Notes under the pieces: model-generated | Database searches by the model: none | The model's input: the letters and a program-made list of their open reading frames with translations, nothing else | Told to the model about the DNA's origin: nothing | NCBI GenBank assembly: GCA_963806535.1 | Contig: CAWDYC010000010.1 | Location: 69,085-133,084 of the forward strand | Source: Candidatus Bathyarchaeota archaeon | Lineage (GTDB): Archaea > Thermoproteota > Bathyarchaeia > Bathyarchaeales > Bathycorpusculaceae | Length of the DNA stretch: 64,000 nucleotides | Direction: 5' to 3' | Program-made: the position numbers and the translations under genes | Part shown: positions 10,059-20,172 of the stretch, in pieces | How positions within the stretch are numbered: the stretch's first letter is position 1 | Layout: each line of letters opens with the position of its first letter

Positions 10059-12675
10059 ATGCGATTGAAAAAGGGTACAACTAGAGCGATTACGCTATTT
10101 CTAATTACTAGCAATGGTGGCTACCCTTGCGTTCCCGTTTGGCAATGCGGCATTTACATTATATCCATACTGTACTGCATCGCCTAACCCAGTAGGTGTG
10201 GGTCAACAAGTGCTGGTCGTTTTTGGGTTCACTTTTCCAACGAGAGGACTTGGATTTCCAGGATATGACGGTTGGACCGTGATTATCACAGATCCTACTG
10301 GAAAGGTTCAGACTCTTGGACCATTCAATGCTGATTCGACAGGAAGCACGTTTGCGAATTTTACTCCTGACAAGGTTGGCAACTGGACAATCAAAGCGCA
10401 CTATCCCGGAGGAAAGGTGGATTTTGCTACTACCTTTAATCAGATAGAGCCAGCAGCAGACACTCCCGTATTCGTGCTCAATGTGCAGCAGACACAGCTG
10501 ACTTATCCTAGTGGTATTCCACTGCCGACGGCATACTGGCAGTTTCCACAATACGGAGAGAACGATGCTTGGACTAACGTCGCGGGCAACTGGTTGATGC
10601 CAGGTTATGATACAAGCAGGCAATTTGACTGGGGCAGCATGAACGGAGCTTACAATCCATACAGCACTGTGCCAACCACGACGCACGTACTATGGACTAG
10701 ACCGACTTTGTTTGGAGGCGTAGCGCCAGGATCCGCCTCGCCAGAGTCGTCAAGCATAGTGGACATGTATACAGGGTCGGCGTACGTACGACAGCTACAA
10801 CCGCCAATTATCATCAACGGAAGGCTCTACTGGAAAGAAATGAATGAACCCCGAATGGGTTGGCACTGCACTGATCTCGCAACTGGACAAGACATTTGGT
10901 TTGTTAATGGAACCTATCCATCAGCATCTGGGTCGCTTGTAATGGCCCAAGATGCACAGATAACGCTAGGTCAAATACTAACAGTTGGATCGAGGAACTT
11001 TCATGGCGGCATGGCCTACTTATGGAGTACTACTGGTGGCGCACTGCCAGTCGGTACACTTTACGGAACAACATGGGCAATGTGGGATGCATTTACAGGC
11101 TCTTTGCAACTAACGATTAAGAATTGTCCCGTAGAATCGACGGATGGTTTCGGGTTGACTTTCTTTGAGGACAGAATAACTGGGGCTCTTCTGTGCTATG
11201 TGCTTGAAAACTCTCAAAACAGCACTACCCTAGTCAAGTGGAATTCAACACGATTGATGGATCAATCTGTTTCGCAAACTATGGGTGGATGGTACAGTGC
11301 AAGACCAATGTACAATCTGGATTGGCGAAATGGCATAGAATGGAATGTTACCTTACCTTCTCTAGGTCCACCAATTCTTGAAACTGTAGCTACCAACGCT
11401 ACAAGCATAACTCAGGTGCTAGGTTACTACTACTATCCTGCTATGGCTATAGCTGCATGGGATCCTAAAGATCCCTCGGTACTGATCATAACCAATCAGA
11501 CTCGCGGATTATCCAGTTCCCCAGATGCTTACACAGACTTGGCTGTTTCAGGTATAGATGGACATGTAATGTGGCAGAAAACACGCAACGAAGGAACATG
11601 GGAAATGATAGTTGGAGGCAGGGCGATGTCAGTGGCAGACGGAATATACGTTAACTTCAGGAAAGAGACAAGACAAGCATATGCTTACAGTATCGCTACA
11701 GGGGAACAAGTTTGGGTTTCCAATCCTCGCCCTAACCAATGGGGCATGTACATTATGGGAGGAGCAATCCTCAACGGCAAACTCTATTGGATCGCATACG
11801 ACGGAGAGCTATGGGCGAATGACGCAAAGACTGGAGCATTATTATGGAAATGGGGACCTGTTAATTCCGGGCTTGTCACACCCTACAGTGTTTATCCGCT
11901 TTACGGTGGCATAACCGCTGCATCTGACAAAATAATCGTAATGAACGGCGAGCACTCTGCTGATTCGCCGCTGTACAGAGGAGAGCAAATGTACTGCATC
12001 AACATGTCCAACGGCGCAGAAATATGGCGTATGCCTGGATGGTGGCAACAACCAGTCGCCGCAAACAGCATCATTTTAGCGCCTAACTGCTATGACGGCC
12101 AATTCTACTGTTTTGGTAAGGGTCCAAGTGCAACCACAGTCTCAGCGCCAGACACCGCTATAACTCAGGGGCAAAGCATCGTTGTAAAAGGTATGGTGAC
12201 CGACATTTCAGCTGGCACAACGCAAACCGTGATGGCAGCCCGCTTTCCAGAAGGAGTCCCAGCAGTATCTGACAATAGCATGACTCAATGGATGGAATAC
12301 CTATATCAGCAGAAGCCGATTCCAACCAACGTTACAGGCGTTCCAGTTACATTGACCGTCGTTGACGCTAATGGCAATTACAGAACAATAGGCACGACGA
12401 CGAGCGACTCCAGCGGATCATACAGCTATGTATGGCAGCCGGATATTCCCGGCAAGTACACGTTGACAGCTACCTTCACCGGTTCAGATTCCTATTATAG
12501 CTCCAATGCAGAAACCGCCTTTGACGTAACTCCAGCAACTGCGACCCCCGCAGCTACTCTTGCAGCTCAGTTGACGTCTGAACTATACTTTATGCCAGCA
12601 GTCTTGGGCATCATCGTCACAATCATTGTAGTTGGCGCTGTAATAGTAGTGCTAACGCTCAGAAAACGACCATAA
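10059..12675 (+). CDS. Secreted PQQ-like beta-propeller / Ig-like surface protein with C-terminal TM anchor; frameshift in signal peptide
   Basis: Repeated D/NxxTGxxxW motifs, PNPVGVGQ start, C-terminal hydrophobic helix + LRKRP; ATG at 10059 gives a signal peptide out of frame by 1. Confidence 0.85.
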
Positions 12676-12851
12676 ACAAAAGGAAACCACTAAATCATCC
12701 CCCTTTTTTTGGGTATTGCCACATCCGACAGCCCAGATGCCAAAAGTTTTTTTCTTTGGAAGCGCGCTGGTTTGTCCCGAAATTACTAATGTTTATGTTT
12801 TAGTTGGGGTCTCGTATTTTTTGAGAAACGTCCAAGCTTAGGAGGGGAATC

Positions 12852-13852
12852 CTAGCGGGACAAGATGAACACGAGACCCTAGAAACCCTCTTCAAAAACA
12901 TAGACTTAAGCTTTGCCAAAACAGCCCTGCTCAGTTGCTTCCATACCAATGGACCCGGCAGACCAGCCAGAAACCCCTCAGGCATTTTCAGAGCCTTCAT
13001 CGTAATGCGCATGAAGGGTGTACGTAGCCTTAGAGAGATGACGAGGCTTTTAGATGCTGATTCTAGGCTGAGAAAGTTATGCTTGCTCAAGCATGAAGAG
13101 AAAGGTTATCCGAGAAGTGTGCTGAGCAGATTTGCAAGAAGGCTTGGCCAAGAAAAGCTTAGCAGCATAATAGAAGAGAAAGTTGTCAAACTCCTCAAAA
13201 GCAACCGGTCAAAGCAGGTGGACGTTGTATTAGACGCTTCTTTCATCAAAGCTTGGAGCACTCGCGATCCAACAGATAACCAGATTGGATATTCAGACTC
13301 TGAAGCAAGAGTTGGAAGAACAGGTAGAAGCTTTGCTTTAGGCTATAAGCTACATTTATCGATTGATTCTGAAACTATGCTTCCTTTATCTAGTGTGATT
13401 GCTTCAGCTAATCAGAACGAGAAGAAGCATTCGTTAACTATTCTCGAGAGGGCAAAGCAGGTTTTGAAGAGATTCTGGAGCTAAACTGAGAAGCGTAATT
13501 GCGGACAGCCAGTATAGTGATGGGAAATTACGAGATGGCTGTTAATAGAGCTGTGATTCCTTATCCAGCAAACCAGAAACCCGGCGATAGGAGTGTTTTG
13601 CGGGTAGATAAGAAGTTTAGGACTTACGGACCTGAGGATCAGAAGAAGGAATATCATAAGCGACCGCCTATTGAAGCTGTGAATAGTTTCCTTAAAACTC
13701 AATGCGGCATGGTTGTAAACAAAGTCAGGGGTTTACGGCAAGTGGCTACTTACGCATTGTTTAGCATCTTATGCTTGGTTCTTAACAGGGAAGCAGCTCA
13801 AAACATTGGCAGAAAAGACAAAGCAGTGTCACCAACGTACTTTAACACTTAA
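12852..13852 (+). CDS. DDE transposase, paralog of 8073-9071; frameshifts near 13475 and 13525
   Basis: Same motifs as copy 1 and identical C-terminus (KDKAVSPTYFNT). Confidence 0.88.
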
Positions 13853-13976
13853 CATCGACGCAAAGGAGATCGCGCTACCCAAATCCACCAGACAGCTCTT
13901 CTTGAGAAAATTAATCGTTACCGTGAAATTTAGAAAGTTCTAAATAGGCAGTTAAGCCCATTTTGGCTGTGAGAAC

Positions 13977-15059
13977 TTGAAGAAGCGTACTGTTGCCTGC
14001 CTACTTTTGATTGTTGCATTGTTAACTGCAACTGAATTTGCCGTCTTCTTTGCTGATGCTTCAACAGGCGATTTTTGGGTGGCAAAAGCACCGATACCTA
14101 GTTCTTCAAGCGGATTAGACAGTGTTGTCTTAAACGGCAAAGTGTATGTAATCGGAACAAATCTCACCACGCAGGGCGCGAGTGCTGACACCAACTCAAA
14201 CTACATGTACGATCCAGCCACAAACACATGGACACAAAAAGCGCCTATGCCGTATTTCGAGGTAGACTTTGGTCTGACAACCTATCAAGGCCAAATCTAC
14301 GTCATAGGTGGATGGTGGTTCGTTCCCACAGCAGCAATTCAAGTGTATAATCCAACCACTGACAGCTGGAGTAATTCGACAGAATTACAATTGCCAGTTG
14401 CTGAAGGCTTTCTCAGTGCCGTCACTGTTAACGGAAAAATCTACGTTATGGGCGGAGCATTCACAGGTTTAGCGGTTCCGATTCCCTATGGCATAAATGA
14501 AGTCTACGACCCAAACAGCAATACATGGAATACACTAGCGAAAATGCCATCTCCAGTTATCGGGTTTGCCATGACAGCAGTCGGCGACAAAATCTATGTA
14601 ATGGGCGGCAGCACAAATGAGACTCAGATATACGATATTCAAACTAACACTTGGTCCTTTGGTTCACCTATACCTGTCACAACTAGTTACAGCGTTGCAG
14701 CAGAAACCACAGGCGTTTTTGCTCCAACAAGAATTTACTATATTGCTGGCCAAACCCAGATCTATGACCCTGAAACTGGCAACTGGTCAATTGGAGCCTC
14801 CGTGCCCACTTCTGGAGTAGAAACTTTAGCAACCGTCAATGACACAATCTATGCCATAGGAGGTTTCAATGGAACTTCAAACGAGCAATATTTCCCAGCT
14901 GGGTACACCGGCCCTGAACCTCAGGTCAGCCCAACCCCCTCTGTCAGCCCAACTCGCTCTGTTCCAGAATTCTCTTTAGCGACGTTTCCATTGCTCGCGT
15001 GTCTAGGCACAACACTTTTGGCTACTGTTTTTCTGAAACGACGCAGAACTAAGCATTAG
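13977..15059 (+). CDS. Secreted kelch-repeat protein with PEF-CTERM-like sorting signal
   Basis: Signal peptide; repeated GKIYVxGG...YDPxxNxW; Pro/Ser/Thr linker, VPEFS, TM helix, KRRR. Confidence 0.9.
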   Translation: MKKRTVACLLLIVALLTATEFAVFFADASTGDFWVAKAPIPSSSSGLDSVVLNGKVYVIGTNLTTQGASADTNSNYMYDPATNTWTQKAPMPYFEVDFGLTTYQGQIYVIGGWWFVPTAAIQVYNPTTDSWSNSTELQLPVAEGFLSAVTVNGKIYVMGGAFTGLAVPIPYGINEVYDPNSNTWNTLAKMPSPVIGFAMTAVGDKIYVMGGSTNETQIYDIQTNTWSFGSPIPVTTSYSVAAETTGVFAPTRIYYIAGQTQIYDPETGNWSIGASVPTSGVETLATVNDTIYAIGGFNGTSNEQYFPAGYTGPEPQVSPTPSVSPTRSVPEFSLATFPLLACLGTTLLATVFLKRRRTKH

Positions 15060-15211
15060 CCTAAAAGCGTCTCTGAAGCGCTTGTGCTGTGCCTTGACTA
15101 ACTAAGTTGATGAATGCTTAATTTCGGGACAAGGCAGCGCGCGATAATTTCCGAAGTCTTGGTTCTCGCATCAGAGAATAAACAAAACGGAATTTTGGAG
15201 GTGAAAACAAA

Positions 15212-15596
15212 TTGAAAAATACAGCAGAATGTACTACGCAGGATGAGTGTCCTATTATTCTGACTAGGCACACAGACAGTATTGACACACAAACTTTGCG
15301 AAAAAAGTGGATAACTGAACTAGATGACCTATTTGACATGGCTAATTTGATAGCTAAAGGAACGGTGGATCAGCAGGAAGTTGGTGGCAAGTTGCAGTCT
15401 ATAACGCCTAAAGAACGACAAATGTGGGCACAAGTAACAGCAAACATCGGACAAGTTATGGGCAATTTGGCAAAAGCGCACGATGAAACACAGTTTAATG
15501 ATGATTTTGCGAGATTAGAGAGAGTTGATTAATCAAGTCAAGGCATTGCATCGTGAAGCAGTTGCAAAGCAAGGAATAGTACAATCAAGTAGTTAA
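15212..15596 (+). CDS. Hypothetical helical protein; frameshift near 15525
   Basis: DTQTLRKKWITELDDLFDMA...KERQMWAQV...DETQF; continues in another frame as LINQVKALHRE to TAA 15596. Confidence 0.55.
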
Positions 15597-15808
15597 GAAA
15601 CCGCTGGACATGAAGTGACAAATTGGACTCTTAGTTTGAGATTTTCTTCTTTTTTTTCTTAGATTGGTTTTTAGGGAAAATTTGATTTTAACCCGATTTA
15701 AACTCGAAAATGCCATTATCCATTTTGCAGCTTGGTTTTGCCATTAATTGCGAGAGGTATCATCTTAAATATTCAAGTTTGTTTAAAAGAAACCGGTTGT
15801 GAAAAGCC

Positions 15809-16515
15809 ATGAAATGTTCTAAGAGCATTTCTAATACTCCTGATAAAGCAAAAAATTCTGCTAAATCTGGCTCAGATTCACCTGTTCGACGGTTTGAAAA
15901 AAGTATGAAGATTGATTATGAAAAGTGGCACGATGGAGTAGGTTATGATTTAGAAGCATTAAAGTCAACTACGCCAGATCAACTCAAAACAATCGAACAG
16001 ATATTGATCAATCATTGCCCTCGGGACTGGAGAGACATTGAAGCCCTCGCTCAAATCGACACAATAACAGCTCGAGAAACTGTAAAGAACGCTCTGAAGG
16101 ACCCCAACGTGGATATTCAAATTGCAGTCACAAGGTTCGCTCCAAATCTCTTAACGAAAACTGAACGAAGCCATACACTCATCAGGGCATTAGAAACTGC
16201 AGAAATATTTAATGGGCTCTCACAAGTACTTGATCAAATCGAGGGATATCATCCAAAAGAAATCATAGAAGCCCTCATGGAGGGATTATTAAATCGAGAG
16301 GGTGAAGTGCAGTCCTCTTTGCTGGAATGCTCTTTTACATATATGCAAAAGCATCTGTTGTTTTTGACTGGAGTCAGCGACCTTTCTTTCTTCGGTTTAA
16401 CACCGAGAATAAAGATGACCGAAGGCAGGCATTCTTAGAACTATGCAAACAACTCGACGTCAATCCAGAAAAATATTTAGCTCGAAATGATAAACTTGAA
16501 GAACCTCATAAATAA
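15809..16515 (+). CDS. Hypothetical alpha-helical (HEAT-like) protein; frameshift near 16310
   Basis: SMKIDYEKWHDGVGYDL...DWRDIEALA, continued by overlapping ORF 16327-16515. Confidence 0.6.
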
Positions 16516-16550
16516 CCGATTTTACGATAGATAAGCCTTTTCTGGTTTTG

Positions 16551-16602
16551 ATTGTTATTGCACAAAAAATATGTTCGTGCAAAGCCTTTTCGATTTGGAT
16601 TA
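16551..16602 (+). repeat. Copy A of sulfurtransferase promoter region (TTGCAC-N13-GTGCAA dyad)
   Basis: ATTGCACAAAAAATATGTTCGTGCAAAGCCTTTTCGATT aligns with 23471-23510 and 28521-28560. Confidence 0.8.
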
Positions 16603-16751
16603 CACAGCAATGCCGATCGACTGGGCAGTTGACGCTGCAATTGGAGAAAGAATTCGGAGAGCATATTGCTAAAAAAAGAGGCTGGCATTGGGACTAGCAA
16701 ATTTTGCAATGGATACTTGGGGTGAAACGGAGATGGTTTTGGGCTATGTGC

Positions 16752-17693
16752 TTACTGTTGAGTTGGTTGGGACATATACAGTAAAGTTCCATTTGGTTTA
16801 AAGACCGCGATTAAGACAGCCTCGCCATTAATGTATCCGTTCGGCAATACTGTCTGATGGCTTCCGATGAATTGCACAAATAAGCCATCATAATCTGTAT
16901 TGCCACCATATGTTAAGGTTATAGTTAAGGAATCTATTGTTGGCAAGTTGGATGTCCTGTTTTGAGCAATTTCCAAGGCACGATCATAAAACCATTGAAG
17001 TCCCAAGGCATCTATTTGCGCAAATGAGTCTTTGGCTGCCAGCCCTTGAGGATGAAATTGGTTCACACTGTAAGTTCCAACGTTAACATGGTAAGGATAC
17101 CCTTGACTGGAAAGGAAATAAAAATATGTGTTTGATTTTTGTCCGTAAAAATCAACCTGGACCTGTCCGCCGGGGAATGATGAGTCGAGTTTAATATTTT
17201 CTGCTTCCGTTGGTCCAAATTGGAGTGTTAACAACTTGTAAGTTGGGGTGCTTTCAATGTCTTGTAACATCTGAGATAGAGAGAAATTTAGCATATTGTT
17301 TTTTGAAATGGTAGTGCTTGTTTGAGAGGTTGAGTAAGTTGGCGGATAACCTGCATTCGAAATCAAATTAAATTCAACTGCCGTAAAACTTATCACAAAA
17401 ATCAAGACAGCAACCATGAAAAATTTGAACACTTTCCTTACGTTTCCGTGCGAGAAACGCCAAAGTAGTCCACCGACTAAAATTAGAGTAATAAATACAA
17501 ATTTTAACCACGAATTTAGTAACAAAACTGAACAGAATAATCCGGCAATCACTAGAAAACCCATAACCAAGTTCTGAAAAATTATTCTCGCTCTACTTGC
17601 TTTGCTTTGGTTTGGCAGAGCATGGGTACGCAAAATTGGTTCTTGAGGAAGCCAACCGCGACTGAACTTCAAGAGATGCCTCTTTAGATCCAT
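16752..17693 (-). CDS. Membrane protein: N-terminal RGWLP motif, ~3 TM helices, ~200-aa extracytoplasmic domain
   Basis: MDLKRHLLKFSRGWLPQEP, then three hydrophobic segments and a polar C-domain. Confidence 0.75.
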   Translation of the reverse strand: MDLKRHLLKFSRGWLPQEPILRTHALPNQSKASRARIIFQNLVMGFLVIAGLFCSVLLLNSWLKFVFITLILVGGLLWRFSHGNVRKVFKFFMVAVLIFVISFTAVEFNLISNAGYPPTYSTSQTSTTISKNNMLNFSLSQMLQDIESTPTYKLLTLQFGPTEAENIKLDSSFPGGQVQVDFYGQKSNTYFYFLSSQGYPYHVNVGTYSVNQFHPQGLAAKDSFAQIDALGLQWFYDRALEIAQNRTSNLPTIDSLTITLTYGGNTDYDGLFVQFIGSHQTVLPNGYINGEAVLIAVFKPNGTLLYMSQPTQQ

Positions 17694-17698
17694 ATTTC

Positions 17699-18079
17699 TT
17701 AAAGCCCTCCAAATAATAACCGAACAACAATCACTACTGAAAATAAAATTGCAAGGTTTATAGCTAGAATCGCAAGATTTCGCATTCTTGCTGTGTTGGT
17801 TGGTTTTGGCAAAACGCCTTTATGCACAAGGTAAGCTGCTACAATATTAGCAATGATAATAACTAATAGCGCCGCGAAGCCGAATATCTGTTGTTGAATA
17901 AAAGGCAAATAGATTACTGTCAAGGCTATTATGACCGCTAAAACTCCAAAGACAATTGAAAATCGAAGAGTCTTTGACGATTTAATTGGTGCTTGGAATG
18001 TTCTGGTCTCGTTACTAGGGCGTGGTTTTTGGGGAAGCCAGCCTCTAATTCGTGATTCTAAACTTTTTTTGACATTCAA
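17699..18079 (-). CDS. Membrane protein: N-terminal RGWLP motif, ~3 TM helices
   Basis: MNVKKSLESRIRGWLPQKP; TTG start overlaps the stop of the upstream HTH gene (TTGA). Confidence 0.75.
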   Translation of the reverse strand: MNVKKSLESRIRGWLPQKPRPSNETRTFQAPIKSSKTLRFSIVFGVLAVIIALTVIYLPFIQQQIFGFAALLVIIIANIVAAYLVHKGVLPKPTNTARMRNLAILAINLAILFSVVIVVRLLFGGL

Positions 18080-18558
18080 GCTTTCAGCTCCGGAATTAGT
18101 TTGCTGAAAATTACATGTGCCAGTTTGGCTGGGTGAATTGTCTGGGCTTCTTCGATTTCTATGTTTCTTTCTTTGGCGATATCGAGTAGGTATTGTCGTG
18201 TTTGTTTTAGGAAGGCTGTGTCGGTGACTTCTTCAGGGTTGTCGTGCCAATACCATACCTTAATTCCAAAATTTGTGCTGTAGGTCAATATGGCTTTACG
18301 TTTTAGTGCTGGGTGATATCCCAAAAGTATGCCTTCTTTTAGGTATAGTTTTGTAATTTGGAGGTCGTTTGCTTGTGCGACATCTAAAAGAGTTGTGGAT
18401 AACCTGGCTTCTGCGGAAAGTTTGGTCTGGTTAATGAACTGCCTTGTGGTGTTAAGTTTTTGTGCGATTGCTGCTGCAGATAAGCCCTTGTTTAGTAGTG
18501 ACCAAACGGTCTTTTGCTTTTGGCTTAGAGGTGACGCCAAGGTGCAACTTGCTCTCAT
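18076..18558 (-). CDS. HTH transcriptional regulator (sigma-r4/LuxR-like N-terminal HTH plus alpha/beta C-domain)
   Basis: LSQKQKTVWSLLNKGLSAAAIAQKLNTTRQFIN. Confidence 0.75.
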   Translation of the reverse strand: MRASCTLASPLSQKQKTVWSLLNKGLSAAAIAQKLNTTRQFINQTKLSAEARLSTTLLDVAQANDLQITKLYLKEGILLGYHPALKRKAILTYSTNFGIKVWYWHDNPEEVTDTAFLKQTRQYLLDIAKERNIEIEEAQTIHPAKLAHVIFSKLIPELKA

Positions 18559-18568
18559 GAACCTTCAC

Positions 18569-18592
18569 TTGTAAATAATAATTTATTTACAA
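18569..18592. promoter_or_regulatory. Perfect dyad TTGTAAATAA-N4-TTATTTACAA, probable operator of the HTH gene
   Basis: 10-bp perfect inverted repeat between a minus-strand TATA-like TTAAATAA (18593-18600) and the start codon. Confidence 0.65.
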
Positions 18593-18690
18593 TTATTTAA
18601 GACTGCTGGTTGCATTAAGCGTTCTACCCTTAGAACAAAGTGTTCTATGATTAGAGCTAAAAGCTGTAGGTTATTACTATAGAATTAGCG

Positions 18691-19629
18691 ATGAGTGATA
18701 TGAAAAACTTCAAAGTTAAATTGACTGAACGTTCTTGGGAATCAACTTCATCAATAGAACAGGAAAACACCTCATTGGCTCCGAAACGTCGATTATCTGG
18801 AAGAAAAATCTACTTTATGATATTTGCAATTATTGCAATTTTGATACTTGCGGTCACTCTGCTGATTCCGCAGGGAGCCGCCTCAATACCACTTAACGTC
18901 AACTATACTGTTGGAGAGAAGATGGTTTATGATGCTACGATGACTAGTTCTTTTCAATATGGTAATTCGGCTTTGCCAACAGGGATAACTTCTCAATTGC
19001 CAAATAATACAAGTATAAACATGCAGCAAACAATCGAAGTAACTGGTTTCGACGGTGAATATTATACTTTAAACCACACGATGACTTTGAGCACAAACAG
19101 CAAACCGTTAAGCATCTCATTAACTGAAAAGATGAATAAGACAGGGTACTCAGCATATTTGCTTGACCTTGGAACTACACAACAAGAGATACCAAACAAT
19201 GGCGTTACAAGTGCCTCTTATCTTGCACAACTGTTAAGCAAGCCAGAGGTTAAAGTTGGAGATTCAGTTGAGGTTCCATTTCCCGGTGGTAATTCAAGCA
19301 TTGGGATAACCGGAGACTTAACGATAACTTTCAAAGGCATACAAGACCTTACGGTTCCAGCTGGAACATTCAAGGTTTTTAGAATCGACATAATTAGTAA
19401 TAATCTAAAGATGAACTACAACCTGCCAACAGCCAGTTTAAGCAACTTTACCCCAGCCAATATTAGTATGAGCTTAGATATGAACTCTCAAATGTATATC
19501 GAATATGGATCAATGCGGCAGATAAAGTCAATCATGCAAGAAACGGTTTTGATGCAATCGGTAACTCTGAATTACGGAATGAGTACGAATATGGATATGA
19601 CGCTCGTAGAGCATATTGCGCCTTCTTAG
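18691..19629 (+). CDS. Membrane-anchored exported protein, Ser/Thr/Met-rich
   Basis: Single N-terminal TM helix; LTVPAGTFKVF motif. Confidence 0.7.
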   Translation: MSDMKNFKVKLTERSWESTSSIEQENTSLAPKRRLSGRKIYFMIFAIIAILILAVTLLIPQGAASIPLNVNYTVGEKMVYDATMTSSFQYGNSALPTGITSQLPNNTSINMQQTIEVTGFDGEYYTLNHTMTLSTNSKPLSISLTEKMNKTGYSAYLLDLGTTQQEIPNNGVTSASYLAQLLSKPEVKVGDSVEVPFPGGNSSIGITGDLTITFKGIQDLTVPAGTFKVFRIDIISNNLKMNYNLPTASLSNFTPANISMSLDMNSQMYIEYGSMRQIKSIMQETVLMQSVTLNYGMSTNMDMTLVEHIAPS

Positions 19630-20113
19630 GAGATGGATTACAGTGGCGATAAGACTGTTTGATGCGACTCTTATCGGCTTAATCCTAATTTCCCTAATCT
19701 TTTTAGGGATGGCATTTTTGCTTATTGATATTCCAATATTTAATGCTATTAACCCATTATTATTACAAATGTCTGTTTTGGGCATGTTTTTAGGATTGAT
19801 TTTTGGATTAATTGGTGGATATTGGTATACTAAACAACAACTTAGAATATTGGCAGAAAAGATTGAATTCAAAGGACTTGGATTAAGGAAAATGTACTAT
19901 GCGTTGTTTTTGGGTTTTGCAGTATTTCTCGTTTACTCTTTTTTCGTGTTCTATTATAAGTCAGTTGTTTTAGGTGATAGTTTAATTACCTTTGTTACTT
20001 CCGCTATTTTTACAGCTTATTTAATAAGGTTAATTCTTGTGTCTTCATGGGAAAAGAGAGCAAAAAAAACTATAATGATGGCTCAAAACAAGTTATATAC
20101 AGTTCCCAAATAG
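19616..20113 (+). CDS. Hypothetical 4-TM membrane protein
   Basis: Four hydrophobic segments; overlaps or abuts previous ORF; exact start uncertain. Confidence 0.6.
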   Translation: MRLLRRWITVAIRLFDATLIGLILISLIFLGMAFLLIDIPIFNAINPLLLQMSVLGMFLGLIFGLIGGYWYTKQQLRILAEKIEFKGLGLRKMYYALFLGFAVFLVYSFFVFYYKSVVLGDSLITFVTSAIFTAYLIRLILVSSWEKRAKKTIMMAQNKLYTVPK

Positions 20114-20172
20114 TCCTTAACTCTTGAAAGTATAGTTTGGATGGGTTTTACACTTGCTAGGGAAAGGTCTAG

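Larger units (their letters stand above)
12762..15142 (+). mobile_element. Insertion sequence copy 2, extended to include a kelch passenger gene
   Basis: Left TIR GCGCGCTGGTTTGTCCCGAAATTA at 12762; matching right TIR TAATTTCGGGACAAGGCAGCGCGC at 15119-15142, beyond the kelch gene. Confidence 0.72.
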
